Shown piece by piece: positions 9,931-21,291 of a stretch of 64,000 bases of DNA (its first letter is position 1; each line of letters opens with the position of its first letter). The position numbers and the translations under genes are program-made. This DNA comes from an uncultured Clostridium sp. (lineage in GTDB: Bacteria > Bacillota > Clostridia > TANB77 > CAG-508): the NCBI GenBank assembly GCA_946497775.1, contig CAMMLS010000002.1, forward strand, positions 50,653-114,652. Direction: 5' to 3'. The notes under the pieces are model-generated. The model was not told the origin of the DNA. It saw nothing but the letters and a program-made list of their open reading frames with translations, and made no database searches.

Positions 9931-11292
9931 TTACCTCTTTAATTCTAACAACGTTACACACTCCACATGACTCGTGAATGGAAACATGTCTACTGGGGTT
10001 ACTTCTTTTATTTCATATTTTTCATTTAATATGGCTACATCTCTTGCAAATGTTGCTGGGTTACAGCTTATGTAGATTATTTTTGGTGGTTGCAGATTAA
10101 GTATTGTGTTTATTGTTTTTGTATCTAAGCCTTTTCTTGGGGGGTCTACAAATACTACTTCTGGTTTTATGTTGTTTTGAAAAATTATTTTTGGCAGTAC
10201 GTTTTCTACTTCACCACAATAAAATTCGGCATTTTGTATATTGTTTATTTGGGTGTTTTCTTTGGCGTCTTTTATTGCATTTTCTATTATTTCTATTCCG
10301 TAGACTTTTTTTGCTTTTTTTGATGCAAATATTCCTATTGTTCCTATTCCACAATATAGGTCTAGTATTGTTTCTGCTCCTGTTAGGTTTGCATATTCTA
10401 AGGCTTTTTCGTATAATGCTTCTGTTTGGACTGGGTTTGTTTGATAAAATGATAGTGGAGATATTTTAAATTTATAGTCTCCTAATATATCATATATATA
10501 TCCAGGTCCATATATTGTTTCGTTTTTTGTACCTAATATTACATTTGTGTTTTTTGGATTGTAATTTTTTATTATTGTTTTTATTTGCAGATATTTGCTT
10601 GTTATATATGTAATAAATTCTTTTTCTTTTTTAAAGTTATTATCGTTCATTACTAATATTAACATTATTTCTTGTGTTATTACTCCAATGCGAATTACAA
10701 TATGACGCATTGTTCCTGTTAGGTTTTGTTCATTATACACTGATATTTTATTATCTTTTATATATTCAAAAACATCTTTTGCTATTTGCTCTGATAGTTC
10801 GTTTTGTATTTGGCATTTTTCTACTGGGATTATTTCATGTGAACGTTTAGCATATACTCCCATTACTGGCTTTCCTTCTTTGTTTAGTCCTAATGGGTAT
10901 TGTAATTTATTACGATAATAAAAAGGATTACCCATGCCTATTGCTTTGTTTACTTTCATTTCTTTGCCTAATGCTTTTTTTAGGCAATTACGCACTATAT
11001 TTTCTTTTATTTCCAATGTTGCTTCATATTCTAAAAATCTTAAACTGCATCCGCCACATCTTTTATATGTTTTACAATCTTCTATTATTCTTTGTGGTGA
11101 TTTATTAAGAATTTCCAAGGCTTTTGCAAAAGCGTAGGTTTTATTCACTTTTAAAATTAATATATTTACCTTTTCTCCTTTTACTGTTTGTGGCACAAAT
11201 ATAGTAAAATTATCGATTTTGGCAATTCCTTCTCCATCTATTCCGTTATCTATAATTTCTACAATGCGCTTATCCCCTTTTTTTAATTCCAT
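9931..11292 (-). CDS. rlmD: 23S rRNA (uracil-5)-methyltransferase, RumA/RlmD type
   Basis: N-terminal TRAM domain, Fe-S Cys cluster (CGGCSLRF), SAM motif DLYCGIGTIG, and a PPRKG motif. Confidence 0.85.
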   Translation of the reverse strand: MELKKGDKRIVEIIDNGIDGEGIAKIDNFTIFVPQTVKGEKVNILILKVNKTYAFAKALEILNKSPQRIIEDCKTYKRCGGCSLRFLEYEATLEIKENIVRNCLKKALGKEMKVNKAIGMGNPFYYRNKLQYPLGLNKEGKPVMGVYAKRSHEIIPVEKCQIQNELSEQIAKDVFEYIKDNKISVYNEQNLTGTMRHIVIRIGVITQEIMLILVMNDNNFKKEKEFITYITSKYLQIKTIIKNYNPKNTNVILGTKNETIYGPGYIYDILGDYKFKISPLSFYQTNPVQTEALYEKALEYANLTGAETILDLYCGIGTIGIFASKKAKKVYGIEIIENAIKDAKENTQINNIQNAEFYCGEVENVLPKIIFQNNIKPEVVFVDPPRKGLDTKTINTILNLQPPKIIYISCNPATFARDVAILNEKYEIKEVTPVDMFPFTSHVECVTLLELKR

Positions 11293-11328
11293 TAATTATC
11301 TCCTTTTAATTACAATATTAATATAACT

Positions 11329-14300
11329 TTATCCAAATAAACTCATTTGATTGCTCTCTGGCATTCCATCTAAACATCCATTATTTCTTAATATTTCTAT
11401 TACAGATTTTCCTATTTTTGACCTTATTTGCAAATCACTAATAGACATAAATTGTCCATCTTTTTTTGCCTCTTCTATTCCTTGTGCTGCAACTGTTCCA
11501 AGACCTGGTATACTATTTAGTGGTGGTCTTATTTTTCCATCTTCTACTTGGAATTTTGTTGCATGTGATTTATACAAATCTATTGGAAGAAATGTTATTC
11601 CTCTTTCATACATTTCTAGCACAATTTCTAGAATTGCATATATTCCCTTATCTTTAACTGTTGCATCATTTCCTAGTAAATCTATTTCTTTCATTTTGTT
11701 TTTTACTTTTTCTTTTCCATGTATCATTATGTCACTATCAAATTCGTCTGCTCTTACTGTGTAAAATGCTGCATAATATGCTTCTGGTATATGTACTTTA
11801 AACCATGCTATTCTAAATGCCATTGTTACATATGCTGCTGCATGGGCTTTTGGGAACATGTATTTTATTTTTTTACATGATTCTATATACCACTCTGGTA
11901 CATTGTGTTCTCTCATTAGGGCTTCGTATTCTGCCCATTTTTCTGGATCTTTTAGTGCTTTTCCTTTACGTACTAGCTCCATTATTTTAAAAGATGGCTT
12001 TGGAGGGACTCCCATTTTTATTAAGTATAACATTATATCATCTCTTGTACATATAGCTTCTGAAAGTGTTACTACTCCTTGTTCTATTAATGTTTGTGCA
12101 TTATTAAGCCACACATCCGTACCATGTGATAATCCAGATATTCTTATTAATTCTTCGAATGTTTTTGGTCTTGTATCTACTAACATTCCTCTAACAAATT
12201 TGGTACCAAATTCTGGTATTCCATATGTTCCTACTTCTGAATTTATTTGTTGTGGCGTTACACCTAGTGCTTCTGTTGAGCTGAATATTGACATTGTTTC
12301 TTTATCGTCTAATGGTATTTTTTTAGGGTCTACACCTGTTATATCTTGTAGCATTCTTATTACAGTTGGATCATCATGACCTAGTATATCTAGTTTTAAC
12401 AAGTTTTTGTCTATTGAGTGGTAATCAAAATGTGTTGTTATTATATCTGAGTTTGGGTCATCTGCTGGGTGTTGTACTGGACAGAATTCGTATATTTCTC
12501 TATCTTTCGGTACTACTATTATTCCCCCTGGATGTTGACCTGTGGTTCTTTTTACACCAGTACAGCCAACAGCTAATCTTCCAATTTCAGCATTACTTAC
12601 TGGTATGTTTCTTTCTGCAAAATAATTTTTCACATATCCAAATGCTGTTTTTTCTGCTATTGTACCTATTGTTCCAGCTTTAAATGTTTTACCTTTTCCA
12701 AAAAGTACTTCTGTATATTTATGTGCTTTTGCTTGATATTCCCCTGAGAAGTTTAAGTCTATATCTGGTTCTTTATCTCCATCAAATCCTAAGAATGTTT
12801 CAAATGGTATATCTATTCCATCTTTATCTAGTTTATGTCCACATTTTGGACAATCTTTATCTGGAAGATCAAATCCATTTTTTATGCCATAATCTGTAAA
12901 ATCTGAATATTTACAGTTTGGACATCTATAATGTGCTTGAAGTGAATTTACTTCTGTTATTCCTGTCATGTTTGCAACAAACGATGAACCTACTGATCCT
13001 CTTGAACCAACTAAGTATCCATCTTCGTTTGATTTCCAAACTAATTTTTGAGCAATTATGTACATAACAGAGAATCCATTTTTTATAATAGAGTTTAATT
13101 CTCTTTCTAGTCTAGTTTTTACTATTTCCGGTAAATCTTCTCCATATAGTTCTTTTGCCCTTGTCATTGCAATATTTTCTATTTCTTGCTCACAACCTTC
13201 TATATGTGGTGGGCATTTATCTGGTGATATTGGTGATATTTTTTCACACATATCAGATATTTTATTTGTGTTTGTTACAACTACTTCATAAGCCTTTTCT
13301 TCACCAAGATATTCAAACTCTTTAAGCATTTCTTCTGTTGTTCTTAAATATAATGGTGCTTGCTCGTCTGCATCATCATATCCTTGTCCTGCCATTAATA
13401 TTCTTCTATATATTTCATCTTGTGGATCCATAAAGTGAACATCACATGTTGCTACTACTAATTTGTTTAATTTTTCTCCTAGTTTTATTATTTTTCTGTT
13501 TATATCTTTTAATGCTTCTTCATTTGGAAGAGTTCCATTTCTTATCATAAACTCATTATTTCCTAATGGCTGAATTTCTAAATAGTCGTAAAATTCTGCT
13601 ATTTCTTCGATTTCTTCTTCTGATTTTCCAGAAACTATTGCTCTATATAATTCTCCTGCTTCACATGCACTACCTATCATTAAGCCTTCTGAATGTGCTA
13701 AATACACACTTTTTGGAATTCTAGGTCTTTTATAAAAATAATCTAAGTGAGAATATGATATTAATTTATATAAATTCTTTAGCCCTACCAAATTTTTTGT
13801 TAAAATAATAGCATGATAACTTGGTAGATTTTTTATATTTATTTCTTTGCTAAGCTTAATATCTATTTCATCAACTGTTTTTATGCCTTGTTCTTTCAAT
13901 TTTTCAATAATAACATTAAAAACTTTTACTAATGTTAATACATCATCTAATGCTCTATGTGCCACTTCTACTTTTATTCCTAATTTTTCTGCAATTATCC
14001 CTAGTTTATATTTTTTAAAGTCTGGGAATACTTGTTTTGATAGACTTAGTGTATCAATATATGTATTATCTAATTTATATCCTAATTTTTCTGCAAAATA
14101 TCTTATAAATCCTATATCAAAATTTGCATTATGTGCAACTAGAACTGCATCTCCTAAAAAGTCTAAAAATTTTGGTAATACTTCTTCTATTGTTCCTGCA
14201 TCTTTTACCATTTCGTCTGTTATATGTGTTATTTCTACTATTTTTTCAGGAATTGGTTTTTCTGGGTTGACAAAACTTTCGAATTGGTCTATAATTTCAC

Positions 14301-16068
14301 CATTTTTTATCTTAACTGCACCAAGTTCAGTTATTTTTTCTGTTTGAAAAGATAGTCCAGTTGTTTCTATATCAAGTACAACATATTCTGTATCTATATC
14401 TTGATGTCCTGGATTATATACATTTGAGCTTTTATCTGGTACTAAATATGCTTCTACTCCATAAATAATTTTTATGTCAGATTTTTCAGCTGCATGGTTT
14501 GCTTCTGGAAATGCTTGTACTACTCCATGGTCTGTTATTGCAATAGATTTCATTCCCCATTTTATAGCTCTATTTATAAGGTCTGTTGCAGAAGTCATTG
14601 CATCCATTTGGCTCATTTGTGTATGCATATGTAGCTCAACTCTTTTGGTTTCTGCATTGTCCATTCTTATTTCTTTTTTTAGGCCCTCTGTTTCAATTAT
14701 TGTGTTTGCAACAACTGATAATTCTTTTGAAAATGTATCTAATCCTACTTTTCCAGCTAATTTTATTCCTTTTGCATTTTTTAATCTACCAATTACCTTT
14801 TTTGCGGAATCTCCGTTTGCAAAAGCTTTACATGTAAGTGTGCTTGTGCCATCATATAAATCAATACTTAGTAACACCTTTCCTGATTTTAATTCTCTAT
14901 CTTCTATTTTAATAACTTCGCCTTGTAATGCTACCATACCAGATTCAGCATTTAAGTCTACTATTTTTACAAGTGGTTCTTTTATTGTTGGAGCCATTCC
15001 TAATATAAGTGGTGTGTCTTCGTCTTCTGTTGGAAGTTTTGGCAAGTTTTCCCCTGATATTTCTATAATAGTATTCACTATTACAGTTACATCTCCTGCA
15101 AATGTATCTAGTCCTGCTTTTCCTATTGTTTTTATTGCTTCTGCTGCTTTTATTTTATCTACAACTTCTTTTCCTTCTGTTGCATCCTTGGCAAATGATT
15201 TACATGTTATTATTCCAGTCCCATCATAAATGTCAAATATTATCATTCCTTTTCCTGTTTTGGTTTCTCTACATTCACAAGTAACGACTCTTCCTTCTAT
15301 TGTTATTCTAGCATTATCCGCTGTTATATCTTTTATTTTCACCTTTCTTTCTTTTGCTTTTGAGGCTTTCCCTAAAATTATGTTTTGTTCTTGCATTTCC
15401 TCTAATTCTTCTAAATAACTTTCATTTTCCGGTATCTCTGCATATGCTGCAACTGGTATTGCTTCTTCTGTATGATGATTTTCTTTTTTTCTCATTTCCA
15501 TTTCTTGAATTAGTTTCATAGCCTCTTCTTGTAATTGAATTTCTCTTTCTCTTTCCATTTCATGCTCATGTTCTTTAGCAGCGTCTTCTTTGTAATTTAT
15601 TTTAACTTTTTTACCATATACATTGTCTATAATATTAGAAAGAGATTCATCTACATGTCTACTTTTTAAAAAATCGGCTCCCTTTACATTTAAAAAAATA
15701 TTGGCTGTATTCCCTTCTAATTCAATTTTACTATTTTTTAATATTCCAATTGTAGATGGATGCTTTTTAAATACATAACATGTAAGATTTTTCCAGTTGT
15801 CTTGTATATCTTCTATATTTTCTTCTTTATTATGTTCTATTTTTGTATCTATTTCTTCTAATTTAAATCTGTTTGATAAATATTTTTCAAAATCGTATAA
15901 ATCTTTGGCTTCTATTTTGGTGTCTGCACCTAAATTTATAGATAGTTTATTTGTTTTCTTATATAAATTTATTTCTCCAATAGAGCAATTTGAAATACTA
16001 TTTTCATTTGTATAATCTTTAAAAACATCTCTTACAGTTTTTATTTGTAACATGTTCCTGTTTTCCAT
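11329..16068 (-). CDS. polC: DNA polymerase III alpha, PolC type (Gram-positive replicative polymerase), 1579 aa with a tandemly duplicated OB-fold domain
   Basis: PHP motif VELHMHTQMSQMDA, exonuclease motif VVLDIETTGLS, and a polymerase core. Two ~125-aa OB-like repeats lie at aa ~240-365 and ~365-490. Confidence 0.95.
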   Translation of the reverse strand: MENRNMLQIKTVRDVFKDYTNENSISNCSIGEINLYKKTNKLSINLGADTKIEAKDLYDFEKYLSNRFKLEEIDTKIEHNKEENIEDIQDNWKNLTCYVFKKHPSTIGILKNSKIELEGNTANIFLNVKGADFLKSRHVDESLSNIIDNVYGKKVKINYKEDAAKEHEHEMEREREIQLQEEAMKLIQEMEMRKKENHHTEEAIPVAAYAEIPENESYLEELEEMQEQNIILGKASKAKERKVKIKDITADNARITIEGRVVTCECRETKTGKGMIIFDIYDGTGIITCKSFAKDATEGKEVVDKIKAAEAIKTIGKAGLDTFAGDVTVIVNTIIEISGENLPKLPTEDEDTPLILGMAPTIKEPLVKIVDLNAESGMVALQGEVIKIEDRELKSGKVLLSIDLYDGTSTLTCKAFANGDSAKKVIGRLKNAKGIKLAGKVGLDTFSKELSVVANTIIETEGLKKEIRMDNAETKRVELHMHTQMSQMDAMTSATDLINRAIKWGMKSIAITDHGVVQAFPEANHAAEKSDIKIIYGVEAYLVPDKSSNVYNPGHQDIDTEYVVLDIETTGLSFQTEKITELGAVKIKNGEIIDQFESFVNPEKPIPEKIVEITHITDEMVKDAGTIEEVLPKFLDFLGDAVLVAHNANFDIGFIRYFAEKLGYKLDNTYIDTLSLSKQVFPDFKKYKLGIIAEKLGIKVEVAHRALDDVLTLVKVFNVIIEKLKEQGIKTVDEIDIKLSKEINIKNLPSYHAIILTKNLVGLKNLYKLISYSHLDYFYKRPRIPKSVYLAHSEGLMIGSACEAGELYRAIVSGKSEEEIEEIAEFYDYLEIQPLGNNEFMIRNGTLPNEEALKDINRKIIKLGEKLNKLVVATCDVHFMDPQDEIYRRILMAGQGYDDADEQAPLYLRTTEEMLKEFEYLGEEKAYEVVVTNTNKISDMCEKISPISPDKCPPHIEGCEQEIENIAMTRAKELYGEDLPEIVKTRLERELNSIIKNGFSVMYIIAQKLVWKSNEDGYLVGSRGSVGSSFVANMTGITEVNSLQAHYRCPNCKYSDFTDYGIKNGFDLPDKDCPKCGHKLDKDGIDIPFETFLGFDGDKEPDIDLNFSGEYQAKAHKYTEVLFGKGKTFKAGTIGTIAEKTAFGYVKNYFAERNIPVSNAEIGRLAVGCTGVKRTTGQHPGGIIVVPKDREIYEFCPVQHPADDPNSDIITTHFDYHSIDKNLLKLDILGHDDPTVIRMLQDITGVDPKKIPLDDKETMSIFSSTEALGVTPQQINSEVGTYGIPEFGTKFVRGMLVDTRPKTFEELIRISGLSHGTDVWLNNAQTLIEQGVVTLSEAICTRDDIMLYLIKMGVPPKPSFKIMELVRKGKALKDPEKWAEYEALMREHNVPEWYIESCKKIKYMFPKAHAAAYVTMAFRIAWFKVHIPEAYYAAFYTVRADEFDSDIMIHGKEKVKNKMKEIDLLGNDATVKDKGIYAILEIVLEMYERGITFLPIDLYKSHATKFQVEDGKIRPPLNSIPGLGTVAAQGIEEAKKDGQFMSISDLQIRSKIGKSVIEILRNNGCLDGMPESNQMSLFG

Positions 16069-16087
16069 TATATACCTCCTAAGATGA

Positions 16088-16783
16088 CTATAATGTAATT
16101 ATATAAGCAATTAGTGCATAGATAAGCACTTTTAGTAATACAGAAAATAATAATTTATAGTTTACTGTTTTTACTCCAATTTTATTTAAAATATCATAAT
16201 TTCCTAATATTTCTTGCATTTCTTCTGGTTTTAGTATTTTTTCATATTTCATATATTCTCTAGCTAGATATCTAGCTTTTATTATAGCATCTGTTTCTAG
16301 GTAGCTTCTAATAAAATAACATACAAATCCCATTAAAACTAATATGTTTACTTGAAGCATTGTATCTTTAAATACTTCTAAAACTGTTAATATAATGGAA
16401 ATTATAAAATATATTAAATAAATATTAGAACATATAAAATTTGCCCATAAAATTCTTTTATCTTGCATTGAATGTAAACATTCATGTGCTACTGTTTGTA
16501 TTCTGGTAAAACTATTTTTTAAATTTGCAATACTTATTTTGTTTGTTACAATTAAATATAGGCTTGTCTTACTCTGCTTGTCCTCTTCTATTTTAACTTT
16601 TGTATTTCCAATCATAGCACAAATTTTTTTGCATATTTCTATATTTTCTGGAAATGCATCTGTTATTTTATTTAATTTTTCATTTTTAGCCAATTCTTTA
16701 ATTGTAATCATGTCTATATTTAGTATTATTCTAATTCCAATTAAAATAGTTAATGTTAATATCATAATAATAATTAAACTCAT
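16088..16783 (-). CDS. polytopic membrane protein with an HExxH motif (putative zincin-like peptidase)
   Basis: 231 aa with 4-5 TM helices and motif AHECLHSMQD. Confidence 0.4.
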   Translation of the reverse strand: MSLIIIMILTLTILIGIRIILNIDMITIKELAKNEKLNKITDAFPENIEICKKICAMIGNTKVKIEEDKQSKTSLYLIVTNKISIANLKNSFTRIQTVAHECLHSMQDKRILWANFICSNIYLIYFIISIILTVLEVFKDTMLQVNILVLMGFVCYFIRSYLETDAIIKARYLAREYMKYEKILKPEEMQEILGNYDILNKIGVKTVNYKLLFSVLLKVLIYALIAYIITL

Positions 16784-16840
16784 AACTTAATAAATCCCTC
16801 TTTTTATAGTTTTTTGAATACACAATTAAAAGATGTATTG

Positions 16841-17176
16841 TTATTGCAATACATCTTTTACTGCATCTCCGATAATTTTATTTACATCTGCTAACATTAC
16901 ATTAAATCTTACTTGTGCATCGAAGAATTTTTTTACATCTTTATTTTTTAGAAGTATTGTATATAATTCTTGTAGTTTTGCCATTTTTTGTTCATCTTGT
17001 TTTTCTCCTTGAATAGTTAACACTTGAACTTCATATTTAATTTGTTCAAATTCTTCTACTTGCTTTTTTAAATTAGGATCTGCATAAATAATATCTTTTA
17101 TTTCTTTATATTCTATATATTCTCTGCTATTTTTTAATTGTCTAGCTAACTCATGTGTTGTATCATATACTGTCAT
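16841..17176 (-). CDS. YlbF/YmcA-family regulatory protein (UPF0342)
   Basis: 111 aa, MTVYDTTHELARQLKNSREYIEYKE..., matching the YlbF family pattern. Confidence 0.65.
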   Translation of the reverse strand: MTVYDTTHELARQLKNSREYIEYKEIKDIIYADPNLKKQVEEFEQIKYEVQVLTIQGEKQDEQKMAKLQELYTILLKNKDVKKFFDAQVRFNVMLADVNKIIGDAVKDVLQ

Positions 17177-17201
17177 AATTACCTCCTACAAGTATACCGT
17201 T

Positions 17202-18494
17202 TTATGCATATGCTTGCCTTTTTTTAAATGTTAGCAAGCTTGTAATTTCACCTTCTGTACTCTTAGCCTTTTTAGCTTTTTTGGCATTTTCTTGTGCAAT
17301 TTGTTTTGCTTGTCTTTCTGCCATTGTTTCGCAGATTGCTTTTTGGTATGTAAAATATGTATCTTGTGCTATTTTGTTCCAGTTATATTCTGTTTTAACT
17401 TTTGTTTTTGCATTTTTGGTTACATTTGCACAAAGTTCAGGATTAAATAATAATTGTAAAACAGAATCTGCAATTGAATTTGGGTTACCTGCATATGTTT
17501 TCATACCATTTACACCATGTTCAATTATTTCATTTAATCCACCTATATCTGATACCACTGTTGGAATACCTGCTACCATTGCTTCTAGTGCTACTATTCC
17601 AAATGGTTCATATGTACTTGGAAATACCGCAACATCTGCACACTTATACATTTTAGCTATTTGTTTTATATCCATATAACCTGCAAAATATACTTTATTA
17701 TCTATTCCTAAATTATGAACTTCTTGCCTTAGTTCATCTATCATTCCACCTTTTCCCGCAATTACTAGTTTTGTATCATGATAATTTGCAAGTATTTTTG
17801 GCATTGCAGCAATTAAGTGTTGAACACCTTTTTCATACACAAGTCTTCCTACATATAGCACTATTTTTTCATTATCAGCAGCATATTGTCTTCTAAAATC
17901 ATAATCTTTTTCTACTCCATTAAAGTTCGTTAAATTAACACCATTTGGTACAATATTTATTTTTTCATATGGAAGTCCAAATAATCTTTGCAACTCATTT
18001 TTCATATAATTACTATTAACAATAACCTCTGATGCTTCATATGTTAAAAGCCATTCTGTATCATTAATATATCTTTGTGTTTCATCATGTATTCCGCTAT
18101 TTCTTCCTGCCTCTGTTGCATGAATTGTTGCAACTATTGGTATATTGTATGAATTTTTTAATGTTTTTGCAGCATATGCCACAAGCCAATCATGAGCATG
18201 TATTACATCGAATTCTCCTTCTTTAGCAATAATTTCACTTGCTTTTGCAACCAAATTAAAATTCATTTGCATAATCCAATCTATAAAATTATTTGGATTT
18301 ATGTTATAATTATCTACTCTATAAACTTTTACTCCTTTATCATCTTCAAAATATGGAGCATTTCCTTCTCTATATGTAACAACTGTTACATTATGTCCGT
18401 CCCTTATTAATCTTTTAGATAAATCATGAACAACCCTTGCAATTCCTCCCACAACTCTTGGTGGATATTCCCATGTTAACATTAAAATTTTCAT
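17202..18494 (-). CDS. GT4-family glycosyltransferase (glycogen-synthase-like) with a Lys-rich C-terminal tail
   Basis: MKILMLTWEYPPRVVGGIARVV..., GT-B fold motifs, and a C-terminal ...AKKAKKAKS tail. Confidence 0.85.
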   Translation of the reverse strand: MKILMLTWEYPPRVVGGIARVVHDLSKRLIRDGHNVTVVTYREGNAPYFEDDKGVKVYRVDNYNINPNNFIDWIMQMNFNLVAKASEIIAKEGEFDVIHAHDWLVAYAAKTLKNSYNIPIVATIHATEAGRNSGIHDETQRYINDTEWLLTYEASEVIVNSNYMKNELQRLFGLPYEKINIVPNGVNLTNFNGVEKDYDFRRQYAADNEKIVLYVGRLVYEKGVQHLIAAMPKILANYHDTKLVIAGKGGMIDELRQEVHNLGIDNKVYFAGYMDIKQIAKMYKCADVAVFPSTYEPFGIVALEAMVAGIPTVVSDIGGLNEIIEHGVNGMKTYAGNPNSIADSVLQLLFNPELCANVTKNAKTKVKTEYNWNKIAQDTYFTYQKAICETMAERQAKQIAQENAKKAKKAKSTEGEITSLLTFKKRQAYA

Positions 18495-18747
18495 ACTTTT
18501 CCCCTTTCAAAATTTCTTTAGTTATATTTTTAAATAAGCTGAATATTTATTTATATGCAGCTTATCTAAAATGGTGTTTCTTAACTCACTGTTTTTATTA
18601 TATTATATTTTATAAGATAATATTACAAAAGTAAACACTATTTTAGAAAAATCTTTTAAATTTTTTATATTTTTCTATTGAATTTATGATAAAAATGATA
18701 TAGTATTAATATAATATTAAAAACCGTATTAAACCAAGGAGGAAAAC

Positions 18748-19683
18748 ATGGCAAATAAAAAGAAAATAGTAGAAGATGAAGAGATCTCTACTAATAAAAA
18801 AGGCATTACCAAAGTAAATACAACAAGAACTCAAAAAATAGTTGCCAAAACTAAATCTGCTACAAAACGTACTAAAACAACAACTTCTGATGCAAAATCA
18901 AAAGAAGCAGTAGCTAAAAAATCTACAAAATCTAAGGCAAGTACTGCAACTAAGGCGACTAAATCTACTAAAACTCAAAAAAGCACTAAAACTACAAAAG
19001 TAGCAAAAAAATCTACTAAAAAGACCCCAGCTAAAAAAGCAACAGCAAAAAAGCTAACAGAAAATGACAAAATAACTTCTAAAACTGTTCTTGTTCAGGA
19101 CTTTAAAGAGCCTGAATACTACGATTTACCTTTTACCTATAATCAAACAGTTGCAAAAATTTTAGCACAAACACCTGAAATTTTATTTGTATATTGGGAT
19201 ATATCAGAAGAAGATAGAAAAAAATACTCTGAGCAATATGGTGAAAATTTCTTTAATGAAACAAAGCCTGTTTTAATTATTACAAATAAAACAATGGGAT
19301 ACTCTTTTGAAGTAGAAATAAATGACTTTGCAAATAGCTGGTATTTACATGTAAATGACGCAAAATGTGAATACAATATTGAACTTGGCAGACGTCCTAT
19401 TATTAAAACAGAAACAATACCAACAGATTATGTTTATATAGCTTCTTCAAATATAATTGAAGCTCCAAATGATCATATACTATTTGAGAAAAAGCAAAAC
19501 ATGGTTTATTTTAAAAATGTAAAAACAAATATAATATCATCAAAACCTATTACTAACTTATCTTTTATAAGTAATATGGGTAGAATTTACAATATCTATG
19601 ATATATATAAAGATATTTATAAAGATGAGGATTTTGAAGTTTCTACTAAAATTATGGGAAATTCATCTTCTGTATTTAAATAA
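18748..19683 (+). CDS. DUF4912-like protein with an N-terminal ~100-aa K/T/A-rich basic low-complexity region
   Basis: Tail segment ...LPFTYNQTVAKILAQTPEILFVYWDISEED.... It lies between the GT4 and GH57 genes. Confidence 0.55.
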   Translation: MANKKKIVEDEEISTNKKGITKVNTTRTQKIVAKTKSATKRTKTTTSDAKSKEAVAKKSTKSKASTATKATKSTKTQKSTKTTKVAKKSTKKTPAKKATAKKLTENDKITSKTVLVQDFKEPEYYDLPFTYNQTVAKILAQTPEILFVYWDISEEDRKKYSEQYGENFFNETKPVLIITNKTMGYSFEVEINDFANSWYLHVNDAKCEYNIELGRRPIIKTETIPTDYVYIASSNIIEAPNDHILFEKKQNMVYFKNVKTNIISSKPITNLSFISNMGRIYNIYDIYKDIYKDEDFEVSTKIMGNSSSVFK

Positions 19684-19700
19684 TAACAAAGGAGATTTAT

Positions 19701-21291
19701 ATGAAAAACATAAAAGGATATGTAAGTTTTGTACTTCATGCCCATCTTCCATTTGTGTATCATCCAGAAAGCGAAGATTACCTAGAAGAACAATGGCTTT
19801 TTGAAGCAATTTCTGAAACTTACATACCATTATTATTAAATTTTAAAAAATTAGAAGAGGAGCATGTTGATTTTAGAATAACAATGTCACTTACTCCTCC
19901 CCTTCTTTCTATGCTTGATAATGAGCTTTTACAAAAAAGATATATCAAGTATTTAAAAACACATATAGAACTATGTGAAAAAGAAGTTGTAAGAACAGCA
20001 TATGATGAAAGATTAAATAAGCTTTCACATTACTATTTAGAAAGATATACAAACGATTTACATGTATTTAAAGATGTATATAACTGTAATTTAATAAATG
20101 GGTTTAAACATTTTCAAGACATTGGTGTACTTGAAATAATAACATGTGGTGCAACACATGGATACTTTCCTATTTTATATGTTAATGAAAACACAATACG
20201 TGCTCAAATAGCTGTTGGTGTGCAAACATATGAGAAATATTTTGGAAGACGTCCTCGAGGAATTTGGCTTCCTGAATGTGGTTATGTACCACAAGCGGAC
20301 AAGTATTTACGTGAATTTGGAATAGAATACATATTAACAGAATCACATGGAATTCTATATGCAGACCCTACCCCACTATATGGCACATTTGCTCCAATAG
20401 TATCACCTGGCGGAATTGTTGCATTTGGAAGAGACATAGAATCTTCTAAACAAGTATGGAGTTCTATAATTGGATACCCTGGTGATTTTAATTACAGAGA
20501 ATATTATAGAGACATTGGCTTTGAAGCAGATTATGATTATATAAAGCCATATATAGCTTCAAATGGTGTTCGTGTACATACAGGTATAAAATATTATCGT
20601 ATAACTTCTAAAAGCGATTTTAAAGATTATTATAACCCAAGATGGGCAATGGATACAGCAGAAAGACAAGCTCGGTCATTTCTTAGATTCAAGAGTTGCA
20701 CAAATAAATTATCTATCTGAACATATGCATGTTCCCCCACTTGTTGTATGTCCATACGATGCTGAACTATACGGACACTGGTGGTATGAAGGACCTTATT
20801 GGTTATACATATTATTTAAAAAGATTTATTATGATGAATGTAATTTTAAACTAATAACCCCTGGCGACTATATAGACATGTTCCCAGAAATACAAGTAGC
20901 ATCTCCATGTATTTCAAGCTGGGGTAGAAATGGATATAGTGAAGTTTGGTTAAATGGAGAAAACGACTATGCTCACAAACACTTGCACGTAGCCGGAGAC
21001 AGAATGGTAGAACTTGCACACCTATTCCCTAACGAAAAAGATGAGCTAAAAAGAAAAGCACTTAACCAATGTGCCCGCGAATTGCTACTTGCTCAAAGCA
21101 GTGACTGGCTATTTATAATAACAAACGGAACCATGGTAGATTATGCAAAACGTAGAATAAAAGATCATATAGGTAGATTTACTAAACTATATGAACAAAT
21201 AAAAAATGATAAACTAGACGAAAATTATTTAAGCATGATAATGGAAAAAGATAAGATTTTTCCAGATATTGATTATATGATATACTATTAA
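19701..21291 (+). CDS. GH57-family 1,4-alpha-glucan branching enzyme, split by a -1 frameshift near 20675-20685 (poly-T)
   Basis: ORF1 carries HAHLPFVYHPE...; ORF2 starts MHVPPLVVCPYDAELYGHWWYEG. The alternative frame reads continuously as ...HFLDSRVAQINYLSEHMHVPP. Confidence 0.8.

Noticed and set aside
998-15418. Numerous 60-250-aa ORFs antisense to copA, cadA, polC and others
   Set aside because: All are embedded opposite long, well-supported genes, are low-complexity (L/F/I-rich from AT-rich antisense), and lack RBSs; they are treated as spurious.
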